From assembly GCF_027921745.1 (NCBI RefSeq), contig NC_079238.1, positions 2,604,001 to 2,668,000 of the forward strand: a DNA stretch of 64,000 bases, written 5' to 3'. Shown here one piece after another: positions 34,078 through 44,773 of the stretch. A program made the position numbers and the translations under genes. Numbering within the stretch: the stretch's first letter is position 1; every line of letters begins with the position of its first letter. The notes beneath the pieces are model-generated. The model was not told the DNA's origin. It saw nothing but the letters and a program-made list of their open reading frames with translations, and made no database searches. The DNA comes from Schizosaccharomyces osmophilus (taxonomy: Eukaryota).

Positions 34078-37000
34078 ATGATTGACAAAAAGCGGTTGTT
34101 TCGATCGCCTATGTCTGGACCACCGGAGAATTTTAAAACAGGAATTCCCTGGTTGGATAATTTAGAAGAAGACGGCAGTGAGCCCGAAAGCTCTGTATGC
34201 GAAATTCCTGAATCCATTGAAGAGTCACTTTCCAATGGTAACGAAGCATTGTCCCCCTGCACTAGACCGGTAAATAGTGCCTCTCACTTGTCAGATACAT
34301 TGCATTATGTGCCTAGTGATCCTTCCTTTATTGATAAACACATGTTGGATTTGCCTGAACCGGATGCGTTTAGTTTGTCCTCCATCAGTCGTAGCAAGTC
34401 CGACTCGGTTCTACTGCACAAACGTAAAAGCGAAGACTATAGAGGTAAAGCTATTACTGATTTTCGTCGAAACTATCAAAAAAAAGTAAAAAACCCAGGA
34501 AAAAACGCTCCTTTTAAAGAAACCAAACTTCGTCGCCAAGTTACACCAAAGGGTTCAAACCATACAACTGACACGGAACTAGATGAAGAAAAAGACGCCC
34601 CTTACCATTCCCTGAAATCTCTGAAATTTCCTGACTCTGTATCAGATGATGAGGGATCCCCAAGCACTGGTGATTTGGAAGCCATTGCTCCTAACGACTG
34701 GCTGAGTGCGCTCGACAAATCTGGCGAGGAAAAGTCCAGGTCGCATACGTTAAGCACCCTTTTTGGCTTAGACTATCATCGGGATAGCTATGACAGTTCC
34801 TATTTAAAGAGTGGTTCGCACCCATCTATCCTCTCTGACGACTCATGGAAAGCCCCGGAAAGTTGGGCTATCAATTTTCCTTCGGAAATATCAAAGAAAA
34901 GGGATTCCTTTATGGCCAGACCCTTTGCTCATCCTAACAATGAAGGTAGTGATAAACCGTTTTTCTTACGAGTTTATCGGGATGATAGAACATCTGTCTC
35001 GTTTTCATGCCCTATGAATATGAAGACCAGTGATATCATTCAACGCTTGGCAAGGCTTTTCTTCCTTCCATTTTCAGCTAATTTTTACTTGCTTTTGGTT
35101 CAGTTTAAAACCGAGCGTATATTGCTTCCCCATGAGCAGCCATGTATCATATTCCAAAAATTGCTTGCCTACTTTGGGTGCGACGAAAATTCTGAAGATG
35201 AAATGACACAAGAAGACAACTATAGCGTTGCAAGATTAGTTTTCACAACTATGGATATTGGCGCCGATGTACTTAGGAAAATGTCCGAGAAGAAGTTTTC
35301 ACAGCATTTGGATATACGACGTTCCAACCTTGAAGTGATTCCTATTAAATTCTATCCTCATGCACACGAGTTGATATCTTTAAATATATCGTCCAATCTT
35401 TCGTTGGGATTGCCTCTTGATTTTATGGAACGATGCGTCAATTTAAAAGTATTGGATATGTCAAATAATTTAAGGCCACCAAGAGGAAAACCTCTTTCAA
35501 TATTACGCCGACTTGAAGTTTTAAATGTTGCCAGGAATGATATTTACGAATTGGATCCCGTAATTTTTTCTGGGAGAAGCCGATCTACCCTTAAAGAATT
35601 TCACTGCTCATTAAACAAGCTTTTGTTTCTACCTTACTCTATTCGTTATTTGACTCATTTGACCGTCCTTGATCTTTCTTATAATAATTTCGTTACCTTT
35701 CCCTTAATCATTACAGAGTTGTCTGCTCTTGAAATTTTGAATTTCTCACACAACAATTTGTATGAAATTTGTTCCGAGATCGATCGGTTAGGAAACTTAA
35801 AGGAGCTTTATCTTCAGTCAAATGACTTGTCAGGCCATCTCATTCAGCAATTGGGCTCCTTACGGAAACTGGAGATCATTGATCTTCGTTTTAATTCCTT
35901 GAGTCATATCAACGCTTTATCTGAAAGTCCAAACTTGAAAGAAATTCGTGCCTCTTGCAACCTGATTTCTCATCACGAATTCCCATGTAGGTCTGCTACA
36001 TACCTTGATTTTTCGCATTGCCCTTTAACTATCTTGGAACTTCCTTCTAATGGTTACAGTTCTCTTGTATACCTTGACACCTCGCATGGCAAGCTTGTAA
36101 CTCTTAAGGATTCCATGCTAGAAAGCCTTGTCAATTTGGAAACCTTAAATATGAGTTATAATCACTTTGTCCAGATTCCGGATAGTATTTCTCATCTACA
36201 AAATCTTAAATTTCTTTACTGCACGAATTGTGAAATTTCTCACGTTTCCCCGGAATTAGGAAAGTTGTCCAAGTTGACATTATTGGATATGCATGCTAAT
36301 AATATCAAAGTATTTCCTGAAGAAGTTTGGCAAATATCGACTTTGAAAATGGTCAACCTTTCGTCTAATATTCTGGAAAAAATAAAATTACCAATGGCCG
36401 GTGCCAAACCGTTAGCAAGAAGTGTGAGTCAACTGAAAATTATGCGGACATTGTCGGGTAGCCCTATTTCTAATACTTCCTCATCTGAATACATATATCC
36501 ATCAGTTGAGGAACTTATTCTTGTGGATAACCGCCTTGGAGATGAATCTTTTAAAGTGTTGAGTTTTTTCAAAGAAATTCGGATCTTGAACTTGTCCTAC
36601 AATTACTTGACAGAAATTCCAAATACATTTCTCGAAAATTTTTCACACCTCAATCATATGTTTATGTCTGGTAATAAACTTTCAAATATCTCTATCTCGT
36701 CTAATTCTCGTATTTCTCTGGAATCATTGTACGTTAATGGAAATAGGATATCTTCGTTTCCTAAAAATGAAACGCTATCACAAAGTTTGCGTTACCTGGA
36801 CTTGGGTAATAACAACTTACAAAGCCTTACGGTCAATCAATCTAATGAAAATTCTCTGAATATTCCACCTAAACTTGAAAGCCTTGATCTTTCTGGAAAT
36901 AGTTGGTTTCAATTCTCTAAACATGATGATGCTAAAGTTATAAGAGCATGTCTTAACCGGCTAAAAGCTTTGAGTGTATTTGATGTAAATGCTGATATTC

Positions 37001-39147
37001 CTGTGGACAATACTGATATCGTAAATCGTGTTGTACATCGCTCATCTCCAATTAACGATGGGCTGAAATGTGGAATATCTGGTTATTTATCTCGTATAAA
37101 TCCGGTCATCTCTGCTGTAGAACTTATAGTGAAGGACTATATATATCCTCATTGGTCACTTTATTGCATTTTTGATAGCGATATTGGAGCTGGGCATAGC
37201 AATCGAGTTCTTAAATTTGCCTATGAGAATATAGCATCATGTTTAGCTGAAGAATTGAGCATATGCGGATCCTCTAGTGAACAAGTGAAAAATGCATTAA
37301 GAAGGGGATTTTTAAAATTAAACAAAAGGTTGGGTAACACAATCTATCAAGATTTGGAGACAATTGCGGAATACAAGGATAAGAAGGAGAATCTTCCTAC
37401 TTCTAACAAAGGTTATTATATGGATGAAACCTGTATGGATATTGGAGTTAGCATTGCCTTAGTTTATATTCGAGATACACGCGCATTCATTGCTAACGTT
37501 GGTACCTCAATGTCTTTAATGTCTACACGAAACGATTCCGAACCCACTTTATTAAGTGACGTACATGATACATTAAATGAGAAAGAAATACGCAGAGTTA
37601 TAGATTCGGCGGGATTAATCTCTGGCCGCATCAAGTCTACTACCACTAGGGCAATTGGTAGATTATCCCAGTTCCCTGGTGTGCAAGCAGTCCCTCATGT
37701 AAATATTCAGCCCCTTTCAGAGCTGAACGAATTTATAATTTTAGCCAACAAGGAATTCTGGAATGTAATGTCAAAGCGGATTGTCATTGATATTGTTCGT
37801 GCTAACAGGCAATCGATGCTCTTGGCTGCAACCAAGCTACGTGATTATGCTATAGCTTATGGCGCTAAGAACAATACGATAGTAATGGTCTTAGATCTAA
37901 GCCTTTTATTCGAAACAAATTCCAATTACGCTACGAAGGTCCATAAAGATGATGAAGAAGGTACTCAAGCTGAAGGGAATGAAGGGGTGCCATTTTCTTC
38001 TCAGGATTTACCGGACGATTCATCCTTAGCTAGAATGAACCGAGAAGTTTCGCCTCCTCGTGGAAGCATTGCAATGGTATTTACGGATATAAAGAATTCT
38101 ACACTTTTGTGGGAACGCCATCCAGTAGCCATGAGATCGGCGATTAAGACCCACAATACAATTATGCGAAGACAGCTACGTGCTACGGGTGGTTACGAAG
38201 TGAAGACAGAAGGAGATGCCTTTATGGTTTGTTTCCAGACAGTCCCGGCTGCTTTGCTATGGTCCTTTTCTGTACAATTACAGATGCTCTCTGCTGATTG
38301 GCCCAATGAAATTGTAGAGTCAGTTCAAGGAAGAACTGTTTTAGGACCTAAAAATGAGGTTTTATATAGAGGGTTGAGTGTACGCATTGGGGTGAACTAT
38401 GGTGTGACAGTGAGCGAGTTAGATCCTATAACACGACGCATGGATTACTATGGACCGATGGTGAATAGAACATCTAGAGTTGTATCCGTAGCGGATGGTG
38501 GGCAAATTGCAGTATCTGCAGACGTAGTCACTGTGCTGAATCGGTTAGAATCGGAAGCGATGTCTTCGGAAAGATCTGGAAGGTATGCGATGGAGATCCG
38601 TGCATTGAAGCAAGTAGGCTACATTGTACATAATATTGGAGAACATAAATTGAAGGGATTGGAAACACCGGAAAGCATATCATTGGTATATCCTCTTCAG
38701 CTTGAGGGGCGATTAGAAAAACTGATCAACAATCGGAATTCGGAAGATGACAGCGAAAAGCGAAGAGAACGGATGGAAAATTCGTCGAGAAGCAGAAGCA
38801 ACAGCTTACGACCGATATTAGCAAGAATCGGGGATTCAAAAAGTGGTGAAGACCATCAATATGCTAGAAGTTCTTTATCATCAGTTCGAAATCTGTCGCC
38901 TACGGAGAGTTCATCAGGATATGAAGGAAACATTTTTGAAGAGTATCAATATCAAAGGTTATTTGAGATTTGCGAACGTTTAGAAGACAGGGTTGCTATG
39001 TTGCATGGCTATCCAGAGCCTCCGGAAAGTGATCCAGGGCTTGCTGCTCCCGTGAACATTGCAGAGGAGTATGCTTTATTTTATCGGCTGACATTAAGAA
39101 TCGAAAACACAATTTATTGCGTAGGCCAAATGCTTGGGCATACGTGA
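34078..39147 (+). CDS. cyr1: Adenylate cyclase Cyr1, 1689 aa
   Basis: Ras-association-like region, long LRR array, PP2C-like domain and cyclase catalytic motifs VFTDIKNST, EVKTEGDAFMV, RMDYYGPMVNRTSRV. Confidence 0.97.
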   Translation: MIDKKRLFRSPMSGPPENFKTGIPWLDNLEEDGSEPESSVCEIPESIEESLSNGNEALSPCTRPVNSASHLSDTLHYVPSDPSFIDKHMLDLPEPDAFSLSSISRSKSDSVLLHKRKSEDYRGKAITDFRRNYQKKVKNPGKNAPFKETKLRRQVTPKGSNHTTDTELDEEKDAPYHSLKSLKFPDSVSDDEGSPSTGDLEAIAPNDWLSALDKSGEEKSRSHTLSTLFGLDYHRDSYDSSYLKSGSHPSILSDDSWKAPESWAINFPSEISKKRDSFMARPFAHPNNEGSDKPFFLRVYRDDRTSVSFSCPMNMKTSDIIQRLARLFFLPFSANFYLLLVQFKTERILLPHEQPCIIFQKLLAYFGCDENSEDEMTQEDNYSVARLVFTTMDIGADVLRKMSEKKFSQHLDIRRSNLEVIPIKFYPHAHELISLNISSNLSLGLPLDFMERCVNLKVLDMSNNLRPPRGKPLSILRRLEVLNVARNDIYELDPVIFSGRSRSTLKEFHCSLNKLLFLPYSIRYLTHLTVLDLSYNNFVTFPLIITELSALEILNFSHNNLYEICSEIDRLGNLKELYLQSNDLSGHLIQQLGSLRKLEIIDLRFNSLSHINALSESPNLKEIRASCNLISHHEFPCRSATYLDFSHCPLTILELPSNGYSSLVYLDTSHGKLVTLKDSMLESLVNLETLNMSYNHFVQIPDSISHLQNLKFLYCTNCEISHVSPELGKLSKLTLLDMHANNIKVFPEEVWQISTLKMVNLSSNILEKIKLPMAGAKPLARSVSQLKIMRTLSGSPISNTSSSEYIYPSVEELILVDNRLGDESFKVLSFFKEIRILNLSYNYLTEIPNTFLENFSHLNHMFMSGNKLSNISISSNSRISLESLYVNGNRISSFPKNETLSQSLRYLDLGNNNLQSLTVNQSNENSLNIPPKLESLDLSGNSWFQFSKHDDAKVIRACLNRLKALSVFDVNADIPVDNTDIVNRVVHRSSPINDGLKCGISGYLSRINPVISAVELIVKDYIYPHWSLYCIFDSDIGAGHSNRVLKFAYENIASCLAEELSICGSSSEQVKNALRRGFLKLNKRLGNTIYQDLETIAEYKDKKENLPTSNKGYYMDETCMDIGVSIALVYIRDTRAFIANVGTSMSLMSTRNDSEPTLLSDVHDTLNEKEIRRVIDSAGLISGRIKSTTTRAIGRLSQFPGVQAVPHVNIQPLSELNEFIILANKEFWNVMSKRIVIDIVRANRQSMLLAATKLRDYAIAYGAKNNTIVMVLDLSLLFETNSNYATKVHKDDEEGTQAEGNEGVPFSSQDLPDDSSLARMNREVSPPRGSIAMVFTDIKNSTLLWERHPVAMRSAIKTHNTIMRRQLRATGGYEVKTEGDAFMVCFQTVPAALLWSFSVQLQMLSADWPNEIVESVQGRTVLGPKNEVLYRGLSVRIGVNYGVTVSELDPITRRMDYYGPMVNRTSRVVSVADGGQIAVSADVVTVLNRLESEAMSSERSGRYAMEIRALKQVGYIVHNIGEHKLKGLETPESISLVYPLQLEGRLEKLINNRNSEDDSEKRRERMENSSRSRSNSLRPILARIGDSKSGEDHQYARSSLSSVRNLSPTESSSGYEGNIFEEYQYQRLFEICERLEDRVAMLHGYPEPPESDPGLAAPVNIAEEYALFYRLTLRIENTIYCVGQMLGHT

Positions 39148-39602
39148 GGTGAGTAGAATTTATTTTTCTTTCATTGTTGGTGTTTTATTCTTATCATTTG
39201 GATGTATAATATAATTTTAATTCATTTTTTTTTTAATTTGCACTATTTGTATCTATGACGAGGGACATGAGAGAAGAGGTAGGAAATCAAGTGGAAGCGT
39301 AAAAAGAGGATTTGGATGGATGAAAAGGAAAAGGAAACGAAAGAGAAAAAGAGTTATAGAAAGTAAAAGCATGAAATGCAATTTCATTCGGTATCGTAGG
39401 AGAAGAAAAAATAATGAGAAATCCCAAGTTCAAGACTTAAAATACAAATACAAATAAAAACAAAAACAAAAAGAAAGGGATGCAAAATGAATCATAAAAA
39501 TAACGTAAAAAAAGAATTACAATGAGAAAGGAAAAAGAAAATGACAGACCAACCGTGAAAAAAAAAAAAAAAGAAAAACCATAATAGTGTAGACTCTCAA
39601 GT

Positions 39603-39986
39603 TTAAAGTCTAGAGTGACGAGAAGAAGCTTTAGAAAGATGTCTGGACAAACGGTTAGACAACTTTTGGTCAGCATCAACGAAAGAGAGAGGACGAAACA
39701 ATTCAGCGGTAGGATGATATTGTTTCCGCTCCGAGTCCAAACGGGATTTGGGAGAGCCTTCATCACTTTCGATTAAGAATTGCCATGCACGGACGGTATC
39801 TAAAGGACGTTCATACCTCCAACGGGTGGGATTGCTCACATCAGGTTCGTCAATGGCTTGACCATAATAATCTTTTGGAAGGAGAGCGCTTACATGTTTG
39901 CCCTTTTGCATAGAAGCTAACTCATAGGGTTCAGGCTCAGTAATCGCCATAGAAGGGTTGGCACGAGTGGCTTCTGCGGCAGGCAT
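39603..39986 (-). CDS. DUF2406 family conserved fungal protein, 127 aa (SPBC19C7.04c orthologue)
   Basis: Signature IDEPDVSNPTRWRYERPLDTVRAW and N-terminal NPSMAITEPEPYE. Confidence 0.85.
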   Translation of the reverse strand: MPAAEATRANPSMAITEPEPYELASMQKGKHVSALLPKDYYGQAIDEPDVSNPTRWRYERPLDTVRAWQFLIESDEGSPKSRLDSERKQYHPTAELFRPLSFVDADQKLSNRLSRHLSKASSRHSRL

Positions 39987-40670
39987 AATTGAAGAAGAGA
40001 TTTAAAAAAGAGAAAAGAAAAATACACAAAAAAAAAAAAAAAAAAGAGGGTACAATTAATTTTCGATTCACTTTATAGGAGGAATCGAACAGGTGTTATA
40101 AAAGAAATTAAAGGAAGAAAAGAAGGAGGAATGCAATGTTATAGAGACCAAAGAATATAAGAAGGACAGTAATGAAAAACGAATAGTTCGTTAAAAAGCC
40201 TTGGAGAACAAAACAATGGTGGTAGGAAGCGCATATATATAGGCAATTCATGGAAAGGAGGCACAGTTCTATGAGAAGCGGCCGGATCAACACGCAACGA
40301 AAAAAGCATCAGACCGACAACAATCAACAGCACACGACTCTGGATCTATCTCCACTAGAAGCTCATTGTAGTTGATGTCATCGGCTATGTCGGCGCAATT
40401 TTGCGAAAAAAAAAATAAGAGCCGAGAAGGCTTTGAAGTCAGATTGGGAAAGATGAAAATTGGTCGTTAGAAGGCTTCGTAAAAAAATAAAAACAAAAAA
40501 AAAGAAGAAACAAACACTTGCTTGAAGGCATATAGTATTGGACTTTATGACCTCGTGTTAATAAATGATGGCATCACCCACTCCCATCACCTACGAGTTG
40601 CTTTTCGTTCTCAACCCCCACATGGGTACTTGGTGGGGTTTGGTTGAGCTGTGCGAGGATGGCTTGGATA

Positions 40671-40735
40671 CTAGATGGGGCTAGATGGGGTATAGATGGG
40701 GGTTAGATGGGGGCTAGAGGAACTAGATGGGGGGC
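40671..40735 (+). repeat. Tandem (CTAGATGGGG)-type repeat, 5 full units plus 1 degenerate; G-quadruplex consensus
   Basis: G-runs at 40677-80, 40687-90, 40698-702, 40709-13 and 40729-34, each preceded by TAGAT. Confidence 0.9.
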
Positions 40736-41373
40736 AAAAGACCAGAAAGGAGAGGAGCGTTGAAACGGGTTCGGTGTTGAAGCAGATCCGGTGTTCATCC
40801 GGAGTCTGTGCTGGAGTTTGGCTCCGGTGGGGCTTGGGCTGGGTCGTTGGAGGAGAGGCAAACCGCAATGGTTGCGATGGTGGAAGGGGCTGGCTGCGCT
40901 TTGGTGTGGAGGAGAGACCAAGTAAACAAAGAGGAAGAGCTGAGAAGCTGAAAAGTTAGAGACAGTACGATGTAAAAATATAAAAAATATAAATAAAACT
41001 ATAGTACTATTTTCATGGATGTCAACGTTTTGATATTTCTATAAACCTTCTTTCGAGTCGTTTTCTCTTTTTCTTTTTTCTTTTTTCGTTCCTTGATGGA
41101 CTCTGTGTTTGTCCATAGTTCCTCTATACGTCTCTCTTAACACCAACACCAACACCACCACCACCACCTCACCGCCATACGTTGACGACTCGACACACTC
41201 CTTCCCACCTTCTCTCACTACACTGCAGAAAAGCGAAAAAATCAAAACACATTTCCTCTTTTCGACTTTGTATCCTTTTCTAGCGTGCATTTCTTTTCAT
41301 TGTCTCGTCTTTTCTGTCTTTTTTCTTTCAAGACGTCCTAGTCCCTCCTTTGCATCGTCTCGTATTTCTCTTG

Positions 41374-41769
41374 ATGGATCAACAAGGCAACAGCACGTAC
41401 AATTTTGCCGCGTATGGCCGCTGGGTCATTGTAGTCATATGCGTCGTCTTTTTGGTGTTCTCTTTAATCTCCATTGGCTATGTCAATCGTCGTAGAAATC
41501 GTAATGGTTTAACCACCATTCCTTTCACCAATTTCTATCCTTTCTCCACTCCTCCAGTCTATACACCGAGACCCAATCCAGCCCCTAATGTTACTACGAC
41601 GACTTCGTATACACCTAACATGCCTACTATGCCTCATGTTTATCAACCTCCTCGTATGCCGCCAGATTCTGCATTCCCCTCCCCTCCCCTCGACGATGTT
41701 CCTCCTCCCGCCTATCCAGAGGCCATGGCTTCCGTTCCTCGTCCAAAATACGATAACGCTGCCCTTTAA
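41374..41769 (+). CDS. RCR-family single-pass membrane protein with PY motifs, 131 aa (SPBC19C7.05 / Rcr1-like)
   Basis: ATG at 41374; GRW followed by a hydrophobic helix and NRRRNRNG; proline-rich tail with PPVY and PPAY. Confidence 0.8.
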   Translation: MDQQGNSTYNFAAYGRWVIVVICVVFLVFSLISIGYVNRRRNRNGLTTIPFTNFYPFSTPPVYTPRPNPAPNVTTTTSYTPNMPTMPHVYQPPRMPPDSAFPSPPLDDVPPPAYPEAMASVPRPKYDNAAL

Positions 41770-42469
41770 ACAACTCCATACATGACCGCATCCACGATGA
41801 GTTTAGGTACGTACAAAGAATGATTGTTTCAAATATTTATTTGCCTTCTCCTTCAAGCATTTGTGTTTTTAGAAAACGTTTCTTGTCTTTTTTCTAAAAG
41901 CATTCTACTCTCATTTTTTTTCGGTCTAGTTTTCATCTTTTGTTTCTGGTCTTTCTCCGTTACTTTGCTCTCTTTTCGCCCATCAACTCATCTATCTATC
42001 TTATTGACTTTTTCTTTTCTACTGCATCTTTTTCTTTTTTTCATATTGTTCTTTTTGTCGGTATGAATCGGTTCATGGGTTCAACAGGTGGTTTCACCTA
42101 TGCAAATCTTCCATATTCTAATCTTTTCGGTGGTAATATAATCTTTTCTATAATACTTTGGTTTTTCTCTTTATTTTACGGTTCTTGTTTTTGATTTTCT
42201 TAACCTGCTAATATACTTTCCATCCTATCGTGTATGTATTCTCTACTGTGCAACAGACCCACCATTGTAGTTGAACCTCCTTTTCCTTTCTACGTTTCTA
42301 TATATCTTTGTATTCATCACATTTTGTAAAGTTTTCTCCATATACTTACTTACTTCCTTTTAACGAGTTTCCTTGTTTGTTTACTGACCCCCACACCGTA
42401 CCCACCACATTCAAGGTCAATCGACTCTCAAATCTCCAACAGCACCATCAAATTTTCCCCATCACTATT

Positions 42470-44620
42470 ATGTCCGTGGACAGCTTAATTACTAAACTAA
42501 AAGGGCTTACTACTGAAGACTTTGCTGTATTGGACCATCCCAAGGCCTTAAATGGTTCCGCTTGGTCCGAAACATTGTCTTCTTTGAACAATGTCCCTGT
42601 TCACACTTTGACCAAGACTGTCGTCTTGAAGCCCAAAACCGCCAAGTCTCAGGCTGTCGTCCCTATTCTTGTGGTCGCTTTAGAATCCACTCCTACTCCT
42701 TCTGGTGCTGCTGCCAAGGCCGTTGGCGCCAAGGAAGCTCGTTTAGCTGCCGCTGATTTAGTGGAAGAGGTTTTTGGCATTCCTCCCGCGGACATTGGTG
42801 TTTTTTCTGTAAATGAACAAAATGCCACCAAGGTTCACGTCGTTTTAGACAAGAACCTCATCAATCACGGAGGTCTTTTGGCTGTTCACCCTTCTTCTAG
42901 TGAAAAGACTCTTTTCGTTTCTGCCGCCGCTGTTGAATCTTATTTAAAAACCATCGGCGCTACCCCGGTTGTTGTGGATTTTTCCGCCCCTGCTAAACCC
43001 GCCGAACAATCCAAGCCTGCTGCCACTCAAAAGAAGGCTGATGTTTCCAAAAGTGATGCCGCTATCGAGAATGCCGCTTTGATTGGTATCACTGTTCGCA
43101 AAGACGTCGATTTCCCCAATTGGTACCAACAAGTTTTAACCAAGAGTGACATGATTGAGTATTATGACATTTCTGGTTGCTACATTCTGAAGCCCTGGTC
43201 TTTCAGTATCTGGGAAGCTATTCAACAATGGTTCGACAAGCAAATTAAGAAACTTGGCGTTCGTAATGGTTACTTTCCTCTTTTTGTTTCCTCAAAAGTT
43301 TTAGAGAAGGAGAAAGATCATGTAGAAGGTTTCGCTCCTGAGGTCGCTTGGGTTACCCGTGCTGGTAGCACCGAGTTGGAAGAGCCCATTGCAATTCGTC
43401 CTACCTCTGAAACTGTTATGTATCCCTACTACGCCAAATGGATTCGAAGCCACCGTGATCTTCCTCTCCGTCTGAACCAATGGAATTCCGTCGTTCGTTG
43501 GGAATTCAAGAACCCACAACCTTTCTTGAGAACCCGTGAGTTCCTTTGGCAAGAAGGTCATACCGCCCACATGACCTTGGACGCTGCCAACGAGGAAGTT
43601 TATCAAATTTTGGACTTGTATGCTCGTGTTTACAGCGACTTGTTGGCTGTCCCTGTTGTCAGAGGTGTCAAGAGTGAAAACGAAAAGTTCGCTGGTGGTA
43701 TGTTTACCACTACTGTGGAAGGCTACATTCCTACCACTGGTCGTGCTATCCAAGGTGGTACTAGTCACGGTCTTGGTCAAAACTTTTCCAAGATGTTCAA
43801 CATCGCCGTTGAGGATCCTAATGCTGAAGTTGGTACTACCGGAGAGCGTCCAAAACTTCATGTTTGGCAAAACTCTTGGGGTCTTTCCACTCGTACCATT
43901 GGTGTTGCTGTCATGATTCACGGTGATGATAAGGGTTTGAAATTACCTCCTCCCGTTGCCTTGGTTCAAACCGTCGTTGTGCCTTGCGGTATTACTAACA
44001 AGACCACTGATGAAGAGCGAAAGAGCATTGAAGGTTTCTGTTCACAACTCGCTTCCCGTCTCATTGATGCCGACATTCGGGCCGAAGCTGATTTACGTTC
44101 TTACACTCCTGGTTATAAGTTTGCTCACTGGGAAATGAAGGGTGTACCTCTTCGTCTCGAATTTGGTCCTAATGATGCTAAGAAGAACCAAGTCACTGCT
44201 GTCCGTCGTGATACTTTCGAAAAGATTGCTGTTCCTTTGGACAATTTGGAACAAAGAATCTCTGACTTGTTGAAGACTATCCACACTAGCATGTATGCGG
44301 CTGCTAAGAGAGAATTCGATTCTCACATTGTCCGTGTTAAGAAATGGGAAGAGTTCGTTCCTGCTTTGAACAAGAAGAATCTCGTTCTCATCCCTTGGTG
44401 TAACACTACTGAATGTGAAAAGGATATTAAGAAAAACAGTGCTCGTCAAGCTAACGGTGACGAGCCTGAAGATGAAAAGGCTCCTAGTATGGGTGCTAAG
44501 AGTCTTTGCATTCCTTTGGAGCAACCCGCTGGTGAAGACGCTATTGTTCAAAATGTTACAAAGTGTGCTGCCTGTGGTTCTCATGCAAAGGTTTGGGGTC
44601 TCTTTGGTAGAAGCTATTAA
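42470..44620 (+). CDS. prs1: Cytoplasmic proline-tRNA ligase with N-terminal YbaK/ProX-like domain, 716 aa
   Basis: First ATG at 42470 (MSVDSL). Motifs IAIRPTSETVMYP, QPFLRTREFLWQEGHTAH, QNSWGLSTR and C-terminal LFGRSY. Confidence 0.96.
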   Translation: MSVDSLITKLKGLTTEDFAVLDHPKALNGSAWSETLSSLNNVPVHTLTKTVVLKPKTAKSQAVVPILVVALESTPTPSGAAAKAVGAKEARLAAADLVEEVFGIPPADIGVFSVNEQNATKVHVVLDKNLINHGGLLAVHPSSSEKTLFVSAAAVESYLKTIGATPVVVDFSAPAKPAEQSKPAATQKKADVSKSDAAIENAALIGITVRKDVDFPNWYQQVLTKSDMIEYYDISGCYILKPWSFSIWEAIQQWFDKQIKKLGVRNGYFPLFVSSKVLEKEKDHVEGFAPEVAWVTRAGSTELEEPIAIRPTSETVMYPYYAKWIRSHRDLPLRLNQWNSVVRWEFKNPQPFLRTREFLWQEGHTAHMTLDAANEEVYQILDLYARVYSDLLAVPVVRGVKSENEKFAGGMFTTTVEGYIPTTGRAIQGGTSHGLGQNFSKMFNIAVEDPNAEVGTTGERPKLHVWQNSWGLSTRTIGVAVMIHGDDKGLKLPPPVALVQTVVVPCGITNKTTDEERKSIEGFCSQLASRLIDADIRAEADLRSYTPGYKFAHWEMKGVPLRLEFGPNDAKKNQVTAVRRDTFEKIAVPLDNLEQRISDLLKTIHTSMYAAAKREFDSHIVRVKKWEEFVPALNKKNLVLIPWCNTTECEKDIKKNSARQANGDEPEDEKAPSMGAKSLCIPLEQPAGEDAIVQNVTKCAACGSHAKVWGLFGRSY

Positions 44621-44773
44621 GGCGTTGGATTTATTTTTGGATAAAGTATATAATATAGAATTTATAACCACTCTTTTTCATATTCATTTATTTATCTATG
44701 TAGCTGGTTTTGTTACTACGTTTTGCGTTATGCGAATAAATAATAAGTTTCTTCCCCAATACCATATGAATGT

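Noticed and set aside
40671..41495. Several 65-128 aa ORFs on both strands between the DUF2406 and RCR genes
   Set aside because: They arise from low-complexity, GC-skewed promoter sequence (GGGG and ACC repeats) that lacks stops; the translations are repeat-derived.
42308..42469. 54-codon open frame upstream of the prs1 ATG, as a second cryptic presequence
   Set aside because: TTG start, few basic residues, contains acidic residues, and the pyrimidine-rich DNA is naturally poor in stops; it does not resemble a targeting peptide.
43301..44671. Long antisense ORFs (206 and 192 aa) inside prs1, and the 202-aa one inside ArgRS (13556-14164)
   Set aside because: Expected shadows of strong codon bias in highly expressed genes; no recognisable protein features.
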